This document shows, piece by piece, positions 37,710-49,100 of a stretch of 64,000 nucleotides of DNA (position 1 is the stretch's first letter; every line of letters begins with the position of its first letter). The stretch is from Cycas panzhihuaensis. Lineage: Eukaryota > Plantae > Cycadophyta. The stretch spans positions 49,607,741 to 49,671,740 of the forward strand of contig CM041465.1 in assembly GCA_023213395.1 (NCBI GenBank), written 5' to 3'. The translations under genes were made by a program, and so were the position numbers. The notes under the pieces were generated by a model. That model was given only the letters and a program-made list of their open reading frames with translations, ran no database searches and had not been told where the DNA came from.

Positions 37710-37963
37710 GGACCAGATACAATGCCCTTCTAATATAATGAAGTTGGTTCTTTGTGCTCCAAATTGTGTCCTTTTCTTTGATTATAGTTCTTTGAATGTA
37801 TGTAATTCAATCTAAGAGAAAGGCACACACATTTGGGGACCAGACAGAGTGCCCTTCTAATATAATGAAGTTGGTTGTTTGTGCTCCAAACTGTGTCCTT
37901 TTTTTTTATTATGGTTCTTTGAATGTATGTAATTCAATCTAAGAGAAAGGCACACATATTTGG
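37710..37963. repeat. Tandem duplication, 2 x 127 bp, of the LTR 3' end (U5) up to the TGG of the PBS
   Basis: Units start at 37710 and 37837; the 3' LTR has a single copy. Confidence 0.93.
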
Positions 37964-40900
37964 TCCAATTGCCAGTCATCCTAAATGTGAGAAGATGATT
38001 ATCTTCTGAAGAATAGGCAAGGGAGGGTTGTCCATGCCACCTAGGACAAATTCGATAAGGAAGGTTGAGACCAAACAAGAGAAAGGCCAACGGTGGGAAG
38101 AGAAGAAAAGCCAGGAAGGCACTCGCAAACCCAGGGAACTGGTTGAAAAGAAGCCGGTCAAGAAATATGTCTTGAGGGGCCAATGGGAGGAAAGCCAAAC
38201 CCTAGACGTGCGAGGGAGACATAATCAAGAAAAAAGCACAGAAGAAGTCCCAGAGGAGAAGAGGGACTCACAGGCAAAAGATTCAAAATGAACAGAGGAT
38301 GAGGACTTGCAGATTTTTAAAGAGGAACAAATTGCCCTAGAAGAGGGAAAATCAATCAGTTTAGAGGTGCATAGCACCACCACAACAGGGTGGGATTGTT
38401 ATATTGTGGAGGTCAAAGACTCCCATTACCATATATTAAACCCTTTTTTCAATAGAATGACTGAAATATTTTCAGGGTCAACATTCTTGGGAGGAAGCCC
38501 AAAAAGTGCAAATCAGACAGCCTTAAATCAAGGCTTAAGTGAAGAGGGAGGAGCAAGCACAACAAGGAATATAAACAGAACGGGACAGGGTGGACCAATT
38601 TCTTTAGGACCAACAAATATGACGCAAGGAAATGCAACAGGAGGAGGAAATCAGGCAAATTCTCAATACGTGATAGTCCAAAATGATGCAATGTTTGGGC
38701 ATCTGCAGTTTGATGGCTCAGGAGATCCTGGAGATCACTTGGCTTTATTCTCTAATATGCTAAAAATCAAGAAAATTAAGGATCTAGAGGAGATCAAGGC
38801 GAGATTTTTCTCCACATTGCGAGGAGTAGCAATAGCCTGGTATCAATATGTGGCGAAGACAAATCCCACATGGGAAGTGGTGCGAACCACGCTTTTGGAC
38901 AGATTCCAGAGACTAAGGGACCCAATGTCCATCTTTCAAGCCTTGGAGAAAATCCAAAAAGTACCAGGTGAGTCAGTGAATGATTTTGATGGTAGACTCT
39001 AGATTATTGTGAACAAAATGGATCCTGCATACCCCTAAATCCAATGTTGTCTTTGAAATATTTTGTCCAAGGACTGTTGCCCCATTTAAAGAAAAAAATT
39101 ATATTTCATCCATTAAATAGCTATAAGCAAGTGAAAGAACTGGCCCTGCGGTTTGAAAATCAAATGAGAATAGGATATTTACAAACCGAAGTTCAGAACA
39201 TTAGGCAGATAGGCATGTCTCAATGGACAATAAATCTGGAAGTCAAAGTCTTGAGAAAAGAAGTAGAATCACTGAAACAACAATCCTTGATGGTGCCTTC
39301 TAGAGCAAGTCAGCAAAATGAGGAGATTGTAAAATTGAGGGTAGAAATAGCCAAATTAAAAGTGGGGAAATCTCAAGAAAATATTTGGTGTCCCCCCCCC
39401 TTGTGGACAGCCAGGACATTTTATAAATGAACATCAGCAGATAGGAAGGCGTTGGTGTGATATCTGCAAAAGGGGAAATCATTCTACATGGGAATGTTAT
39501 TATAAGACACCAGTAAGAGAATCATTCTATCAAAGGAAAGAGAATACTTCCTTGAAACAATATAAGGGAAAAACAAAACTAGTTTGCTGTCATCTATGTT
39601 CGACATGGGGACATTTTCGAACAGAGTGTCTATTGCAAAAACAAGAAGGAGATTACATCTGTGAAGAGTGTGGTCCAACAGATCACGAATGGGCAAATTG
39701 CCCAAAGAATCCTAGCCTAAAAATACAGACCTCTAACTTGGCGACAAAAGTTCTAGATAAAGAACAACCAATTTATATTCAGACAAGAAGTGGGAAGGTT
39801 ACTGCCGCACCAGTTGTGGAAAATTTTTCCAATCCAGTAGTAGAAAGAAAATGATTACAAGAAGTTGTCCAAGCCTTACAAGAGGTAGCAAAAATAAAGC
39901 AGCAAGATGAAATAGAGCAAGACAATAGATTTAAAGGCCAAGTTTATTAGAGGCAACCAGTGATGCATGAAGAACAACTTGGGAAAAATCCTTGGCTAAA
40001 ATTGCAAGAAATAAAGGAATTGTTGACTGAAGTAGGGATTTCTATTCCTATTACCACAATTTTTAGGTGGTGGGAAACCAGCTATTTTCAACAGGCAATT
40101 TTAGACCAGATTGAAAAGCCTGTATTGGAAGCTTTGAAAACAGATTCAACTGATCCAAGAGTCCCCGTGACTCTTTTTGATACAATGATTTGCAAAACTA
40201 TTGTAGATGGCAGTCAGGAGTGAATGTGTTTCCAAAAACCACATGGATTTCATTGGGACGGCCGGAAATGGTTTTCCCAAATTATGCGATTAGACTGGCC
40301 AATCAATTACAAGTTCAACCGATGGGATCCCTGCTGAATATTCTAGTCATGGTGGCAGGAATTACAGTTTGTCTAGATTTTGCAATCGTAAGGATGCAAA
40401 ATCATAATAAGACATATCCAGCACTCTTGGGAAGACCATGGCTACTTGCAACAGAAGCATTGCAAGATTGGGGAAGACTGACTTTTACCCTGCATTCTGC
40501 AGGAAAGAAAGTGGTGTTACCTCTTTGCTCGGATGGACCCCAAGTAGAAAAAGTGGAAGATGTAGATACAACATCCACAACCACTGCCTCATCAGCCACT
40601 ACAGTTAGTCCTTGTTTTGAAACAGCATTCCAAGTCTTAAAGACTCTTCCTCAGATTCCTAGTGAAGCTTCATCAACCTATCTGTTGGACTGGCTACAAT
40701 TAGCATGGGAAGAAGCAGGAGACAGATCCTCAAATTGTTACCTAATGGAGCTATGCCCGAACAAGCAACAATAGGAGCAGAAACAAGATGGTAATCTTGT
40801 AACTCAGGAGAAAAAAGGAAGTTATGTAAAAAATCTTTCTTTTAATAAAATCCAAATTGATTGCTTGTACTTCTTGTCTAAAAGCTTGCTAGTAGAAAGT

Positions 40901-43900
40901 TGTTTGGTTGAAATTTCAAAGCAGACAGAGGTTCCTTTCTCCTCTGAAAAAAAGAATTGTTATCAAATAAATTAAGATGAAATAAGGAATTTTCCAAAAA
41001 CATATTCTGTTATGAAATATGGACAAAAAGAAATTTGTCAAGTTCCAGCCTATGGGGTAAATCCAAATGGGGAAACTATTCAAAAAAGAGAACTTCAGTT
41101 AAAACCAATCAATGTTGGAATAGAAAAAGACCCTAAATGGATAAAAGTGGGAGACTATTGGGAGCCCGAAATGATGCAAAAGGCAGTATCATTTTTTTGT
41201 GAATACAAGGATGTGTTTGCATGGTCCTATAAGGACCTAAAGGGAATCCCTCTAGAAGTAGGTGAGCATAAGATTGAATTGATAGAAAACGCGAAACCAG
41301 TAAGGCAAAGGCCTTATAGAATGAACCCACGATACAAAGAACAAGTAAAAGCTAAGCTAGATAAATTGCTAGAAGCCGGATACATTTTTGAAGTGGAAAA
41401 TAGTGAATGGGTAAGCCTAGTGGTGGTAGTACCCAAAAAGAGTGGGAAACTTCGTGTATGTGTTGATTATAGGGATTTAAATAAAGCTACTAAAAAGAAT
41501 CCATTTCCAATTCCCTTCACCGAAGACATATTGGAAAAAGTTACAGGGCATGAGATATTCTCATTCACAGATGGGTCCAATGGGTACAATTAGGTTCGAA
41601 TAGCACTTGAAGATCAATTGAAGACAACATTTGTCACTGAATGGGGCACTTATGCCTATAAGCTTATGTCGTTTGGGTTAACAAATGCTGCAACAACCTT
41701 TCAAATAATCATTTTGAATATCTTTCGGAAATTGATAGGAAAGGCAGTCGAAGTATTCTTGAATGATTGGACTTTGTATAGTCTTTAACAAGACCATTTA
41801 CTCCAATTGAGGCTAATGTTGGAATTGTGTAGGAAAAACAAATTATGTATGAATCTTGACAAATGTACCTTTATGGTACCATTTGGATCCTTACTGGGAC
41901 ACATTGTTTCAAAAGAAGGATTGATGATTGATCTGGCAAAGGTTGAAGTGATTTTAAAATTTCCTGTTCCCCAAAATCCAAAAAATTTGAAGGGATTCTT
42001 AGGAATGACCGAATATTATCGGAAATTTATAAGAGGATATGCCCAAATGGCCTATCCTTTGGAATCATTATTGAAGAAGGCAAACAAATGGGAGTGGATA
42101 ATGCCGCAACAATTGTCCTTCGATGCTTTGAAGAAAAGACTAGTGGAAGCCCCTGTGCTTAAATTCCCGAATTGGAACAAATCATTCCATGTGCATGTGG
42201 ATGCCTCATTGTACGCCATTGGATGTGTATTAGCCCAACCAACTGATGAAAAAGTAGATCTTCCCATTGCCTTCGCAAGTCAGAAATTAACATTTGTTGA
42301 ACGTAACTATACAGTTACGGAACGAGAAGGGTTAGGCATGGTGTATGCCTTACAAAATTTCTGACATTATCTGTTGGCTAATCCATTTGTATTTTTTGTT
42401 GATCATCAGGCTTTACCGTATTTAGTTAATAAACCAATCCTGCAGGGGAGGATTAGTCATTGGCTAATGCTTTTCCAGGAGTTCATTTTTAAAATTGTAG
42501 TGAAGAAAGGTGATAAGCACGTAATACCAGACCAATTATCTAGAATAAAAGAAGAAGAATCAGGTATTGGAATATTCGATGATTTTCCAGACCATAAGTT
42601 GTTTTCCCTTGAAGTTGTTCCATCCTGGTATGAAGGAATCACAGAATATTTATCCATAGGGCAAACACCTAGGGGACTAGAAAAGGCAGAAAGGAGTTTC
42701 ATTAAGAAAGCCTTTCCTTTCCAACTTATAGGGGGTATGCTATACAAACTGGGGCCAGATGAAGTTCTATGAAGATGCATACTGCAACATGAAGTACAAC
42801 CAATATTGAGGGAAGGACATGAGGGAATAGCTTCAACCCATTATGGAGGAGAAGCCATGGCCTAGAAGATATTGGCAACAGGATTATGGTGGCCGACATT
42901 GTTTGAAGATGCTGAGAAATAGGTGAAATCTTGCGATATCTGTTAACAAACTAGTAAGCCTTCCAAATAGAATTATCTACCTCTTCATCCTATCTTGGCC
43001 CAGGCTTCATTTGAAAAATGGGAACTAGATTTTGTGGGACGAATTAGCCCCCCGGCAAGAAGGACTAATGCACGGTATATATTAGTGGCCACTGATTTAT
43101 TGACCAAATGGACAGAAGCCAAACCTATGAAGAAATGTGATGCAAGAGGCACACCTCAATTCTTGTATAAAGTCATTATAGTGAGATTCGGTTGTCCTTT
43201 GGAAATTGTTTCAGATCAAGGAGGAAGTTTTTTGAATCAAACAATAAAATATTTGACCTCAGAGTTCTTGATACAACATGGCATATCCTTGCCATATTAT
43301 CCCAGAGCAAATGGCCAAGTTGAAAGTACAAATAAAATTTTAAAAATAGCTCTAATGAAAATTTGTGATGTACAACGAACAGATTGGGCGGAAAAGTTGC
43401 ATTTGGTTCTATGGGCAGACAGAACAATGAGAAAAAGATCACATAAGCATATCCCATTTTAGCTCGCTTATGGACTGGAAGCTGTGGTTCCCCTAGAATT
43501 TCAAGTAGAAAGTCTAAGGGTGGCTCAACACTTAAGATTGGAACCTGAAATTTCTTATGACCAGAGGCTAATGCAATTAATGAGATTGGACAAGACTCGA
43601 GCTCGAGCCTTGTGGGAGTTACAGGTCGAGAAACAAAGGTGCAAAGCTTGGCACGGTCGTCATCTCAAAAAAGTTGATTATAAGGTAAACGATTTGGTCT
43701 TATTATATGATAGCAAGTTTAAAATCAAACCAAGTAAAATGAAAATAACGTAGCTAGGACCTTATCGAGTAAAATGGAGTTGTTAGGTTGCAGCAATTAG
43801 ATGGCCAGCCATTGACCAAATTGATCAATGGTAGTAGGATAAAATTATACAAAACTTAAAAAAAAAAAAAAGAGCACCAACAACCAAGGGACAAGATCTC

Positions 43901-44439
43901 TTTAAGAAAAGATCAGAATGTGTAAGATAATCATAACAGTAACCGATGATAAACATCATTGATTGGTATGACCATGCATGATGTGGACATAACAAATAAA
44001 TGTGGCGAGGAAGGATGGGATGTGATAACGATGACTAAATGCCACGATAAAGATAGCACAAGGTGGATGCGGCGGTGTGGTCATCATTACAAGGATGGAG
44101 GAACGTGGATGTGGCAGTTACCAGAGCGCCTCAATAATTGAAGTAACGCCCATCGTTGCATGGTATGATACCACTAAATGAAATAATAAACAATCACATT
44201 AAGATTGTTTTCTTGAAGGAGATATATGACAGGCGATCGCACCATTAAAAGGTCAGTAGATATTCCAGCTATAACATTAGGAGGATAAAAACATTCGCAG
44301 TGCAGGATAGGAGCAAGTGCGGTGAAGAATCCCAGTAACACAAAAGTTTGTTGCGACAAGGAATAGAGTACTAACAGAGTTACGAATGCCGACAATTCTA
44401 GTATGGGAGTAAGAGATAAGCAATTGCGACAGAAAGCAA

Positions 44440-46124
44440 ATGGAAAAGACAATACTATTTAAAGAAAACGATGACCCATGCATTAGGACAGAATGGCAGG
44501 TTATGAGCGGAACAGATAAGAGGAATAAACTGGTAACAAAAGCCAGATTGCATAAATATATCATGGTAGGCACTTTCCCTGGTTCAGTTAAATTTCTGAA
44601 CAATATAATTCCACTGATTGTTGAACATCTAGAAATTTTGCAAGTTTCTGAGGAGTCTATAGCAGCATTAACAGGACTCCCTAAAGAAGGCAACTTGGTG
44701 AGGCGGGATACCCAAATATCTCGAGAAGAAGCTTCCAAATTGATTGGAGCAAGTACTAAAGATGCTTCTACCTTAGGTATTCGAATGCGGGAATTCAGTC
44801 TCCTGAAAAGAGATTTTTGGCTCATTTTATATTTATCAAGATAGTATTGAACTAGAAGAATCTTTTTGTACCATCAAATTTAAGAACAATGATCAAAAAG
44901 GTGGCTCAAGGTATGTGCTTCAATTGGGCAAATTTTGTAGTAGGGAGGTTAATACAAAATCTGCAAACAATACAAGAAACAGCCAAAATTGTCACTTTTT
45001 ATCATGTGACAATTTTGCAGGGATTACTTATCTCATAGGTTCCAGAAATAATAATGCCTTCACCAAAGGAGGAGCAAGCCCCCTTAGCCTGTTGGACCAA
45101 TAGTGGTATCAATTATGAGAAATGGGAGGAAATACAAAACAAAATTCAAGATTGGGTGCAAAGACAATGTACATTGCGAACCGTGGTGGTGGAAATTAAG
45201 GAACAGGAGGAAGAAGTTGAAGTTCCACAAGAAAATAGGGAAATAGAAGAAGATGCGAAGATAGAAATAAAACTGCCAGAAGGATAGGCAGAAGGAGGAA
45301 TAGATGAGGGAGAGAAGGAGCTGCCAAAAGAAGAGGTAGTAGAAGAGAAAAAGGACGAGAAAGAAAAAACAAAGGCAGAAGCAGAAAAGGGAAAAAGAAA
45401 GCAAATCATGCAAGAAGAAAAAGAAACAGAAAGTGAATTCCAAAGACAAAAGAGGATAAGATTGGCCTAGGAAAAGAAGAAAAAAGAAATTATAGAAAAA
45501 ATAGAAAATCAACCACTAGAAGTTGAGTATAATATGGACAAAGAGATACTGGAGAAGGGATTAGATCCCATGAAATGTGATCCTTAAGACGTATCCAATT
45601 GGAGAACCTCTTTTTTGGCCAAGGTAACTAGACAACTAGTTACAGAGTTAGAAAACGAAACCAAACCACTAGAAGAGTCATTAAAAATAGCTCACCAAGT
45701 GACTGAAAAAAAATTAGAATCTTTAAAAACATTTATAATGGAATGGGTTGATGATGTAGATGAAGTAGGTCCTTAGTTACAACAATTTAAAGAGAGATTT
45801 AACCAATACATTCCAGGCAATATGCAGCCAGTATATCACAGGTTGGGAGCATGGATTTTGAAATCATATGAGGAATCCGAGCACTGTAGAACACTGTGGA
45901 AGGAATGGAATGCATATCGGCAAGAATTGGAACTCGTGCAGAGAGTTAATACTAAATTGAATCAAGAAATTGAGCAATTACATTCAGGAGAAATGCCTAC
46001 ACTTTCATTGCTGGATACAATGCGGGACGTAGTTCTATTGTTTGAATATTTGAAACAAAATGGGTTAAGACTACCCCCCCAGATTGCAAGGCCAGATATG
46101 GAGTATATTCGAAGAGAAAAATAA
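44440..46124 (+). pseudogene. Additional 3' ORF of Gypsy-B (env-position ORF, unknown function), ~560 codons with stops and frameshifts
   Basis: ORF fragments 44440-44844, 45054-45287 and 45822-46124 are colinear: IAALTGLPKEG, FNWANF, FYHVTILQGLLI, an E/K-rich tract and a coiled-coil-like C-terminus. Confidence 0.75.
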
Positions 46125-49100
46125 AAAATTATCGAAAATCAGATGAGGAAATAAAAGTAGAAATTTTGTTCTTTTTGAAAATTTGGAACGAGTATGCTAC
46201 TCGTTCAAAGTGGCTGCAGGGGAGATGTGTGCAGCCAAAATACTTGCTTATTTTGAGTAGATGTGGTGGAACCAACACTACAACAAGTGCAACTGGAACT
46301 AAGAATAAGTGCAACCAGACCTGGGAGATTAGTTAGGTGCAACCAGCGCTACAACAAGTGCAACCAGAACTAAGAATAAGTGCAACCAGGCTTGGACAAA
46401 TGCGGTTCGGTGCAACCAACACTAACAGCAGGTGCAACCAGGACTGACAACAAAGCAGTCAAGTGCAACTTGGACCGATGACAAGTGCAACCCGGGTAGG
46501 GGACGATGCAACCGGGGTAGTAGGCAGCAATCCAGACAGCATTAGTTAGAATTTGTAATTAAAAGTTGACAAAGTAGTTATGTAACTATAGGATAGATAT
46601 ATAAAAGAAGAAGTAAAGACGGAATGGGGTGTGTGTATCATTGTAAATCCTTGTAGGCAGTCTAGTCTGCGGCTGTACTTATTCAGGCCTACGTCTGGTT
46701 GTGAGAGGACCAGACGCAACGGCCTTCTAATATAATGAAGTTGGTTGTTTGTGCTCCAAACTGTGTCCTTTTCTTTGATTATGGTTCTTTGAATATATGT
46801 AATTCAATCTAAGAGAAAGGCACATACAATTCTTTATCATTTCCTATAAGAATCATATCATCAACATAGACAACTATTATTATGATTTTCTCATTTTTCT
46901 TTCTTACATATAGACTGGAATCTGAACTGTATCAGTGAAAATCATTTTGTGATAGATGTTTGTCTAGTTTAGCATACGAAGCTCTAGGATCCTGTTTTAA
47001 CCCGTATAGAGCATTCTTAAATTTGCATACCAGATGTTCTTGTCCCTGTTTAATATAACCTTCTAGTTGCTTCATGTAGACCTCTTTCTCCAGGTCTCCA
47101 TTCTAAATAGCACTTTTGACATCTAACTAGTAAATTTTCTAGTTGTTTTGAGCTGCTAGAGCAATAATCGTCCTAATTGTACTTAATTTGGACATTGGAG
47201 AGAATGTCTCATCGAAATCTATTCCAATAATCTGAGTATATCCCTTCACCACAAATCTGGCTTTGAATTTTCCTATTTTACCATCAACTCCTTGTTTTTC
47301 CTTATAAATCCATTTGCAATTGCCCATAGGTTTGCTGGGAAGCAATTCAACTAGATCCCAAGTTTGATTTATGGCGATGGAGTCCATTTTCGCATCCATT
47401 ACTATTTTCCATACTGCATGTTCCTTTGCTTCTTCAAAGGATTATGGTTCTAGGTAGCTGAATAGTGCTCGATGTTGTTGACTTCCTATGTGTGAAGACA
47501 TCTCCCTTTTCTTCCTCGATGGTTTTGATGTACCATTTCGGTACCCTCTTTTCTTTTCTTGTATCTTCCTCTCTGCTTGAACCTCCAGATGACTGTTTCT
47601 CTACTTCATGAGTCATTAGAGTGGATTCTGATTCTTCCAGATCGTCTTATGAAGTTATACCTGATATCTCCTCCATAGAAGGTTCTTCTTGAAATACAGT
47701 CCTTGGTGCTTCTTCAATTATTTAGACTGGGGCTTATCTTTAGTAGCGTCTTATTCGTTAAATACAACATCCCTACTCACATAGATCTTATTCGTTTTGG
47801 GATCTATCCACTTATATGCCTTTGAGTTTTTGTTGTATCCAATCATGATGCAATCTATACATTTGGAATCAATATTAGACCTTTTTTTGTCAGGCATATG
47901 AACAAACGCTTGACGCTCGAAAACCTTTAGGTTACTTACATCTAGTTTTCTTCCCATCCATGCTTCTTCTGGAGTGATTTGTTTAAGTGCTTTGGTTGGA
48001 CTTTGATTTATCAAATAATAGGTTGTACTTATTGCTTTTGCCTAGTAAGTTTTTGAGACCTGTTTATCATGAACCATAATGCGTGCCATCTCCATGATGG
48101 TTCTATTTTTCTATTCAACTACACCATTGGACTGTGGTGTGTTGGGAGTTGTAAACTACTTGTGTATGGCATTGATTTTATAATAATCCAAAAATTCCTT
48201 TGAAATGTATTCACCCCCATTGTCAAACTTTATACATTTTATTTTATTATCTGATTCCAATTCCACTTTAGCTTTAAATTCTTTGAATGTGTCAAATACT
48301 TTTGATTTATTATGAAGAAAATAAATCCACACTTTCCTTGAAAAATCATCGATGAAAGTTAGGAAGTATCTAGAACCATTAATTGAGTGTGGCGTTAAAG
48401 GACCACATAGATCTATATATATTAATTCCAATTTGTCTTGAGCATGCCATTCACTCGTCTTGAAGGGAAGACGATGTTGTTTTCCAAACTGACAGTCTTT
48501 GCAAACAAAGTAATTAGATGAAATAGGGGGAAGTCCACTAACCATACCACTTTTTATCATCATTTCTAATTTATCTAAAGGAAGATGTCCATACTTCAAA
48601 TGCCACAATTTATTATTAACATCAGGGTTTACAATAGAGCATGCCTTTACATCAACATTAGAAATGATAGGATTTGAGAGTAATTTATAGAGGTCATTAC
48701 ATTTCACCCCTATGGAGATCACAACACTATTATTTTTCATATCCAATACATAGCACTTACCTTCCTCATCAAATATGGTTCTTAATTTTTTCTTATTGAG
48801 TTGATACACTGAGAGAAGATTCATCTTTAATCCAGGTACAAGGAGGACATTTCCAATCTTTTTTACACTTTCTTGCAAATCAACAGCTATGGTACTCACT
48901 CCTTTAATATTTAAGGGATACTTATCTCCTAATTCGATTGATTTGTCAATGAAGTAGGGTTTGAGTGAAACAAACTAATCTTCTCTACTTGTCATATGCC
49001 GTGACGCTCCAAAGTCAATGTACCATACATCTTTAATTTGAAGACCAGTTGACAAGGTGACAATGAAAGTTGTTTCTTCGTCTTCCTTATTTGTTTGCTC

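Larger units (their letters stand above)
37222..46828 (+). mobile_element. Gypsy-B: full-length non-chromovirus Ty3/Gypsy element with an additional 3' ORF
   Basis: LTRs 37222-37958 and 46226-46828. TSD ATTCC/ATTCT. PBS 37961-37975 and PPT aggggaga 46218-46225. gag (38028-39850), protease (IVDG/SGVN, ~40200), RT (41012-41900), RNase H (VHVDAS..NYTVTERE), integrase (42750-43860). Confidence 0.96.

Noticed and set aside
45084-45512. Phe-rich membrane-protein-like ORFs on the minus strand
   Set aside because: Antisense shadow of the E/K-rich (GAA/AAA) tract of the Gypsy-B extra ORF.
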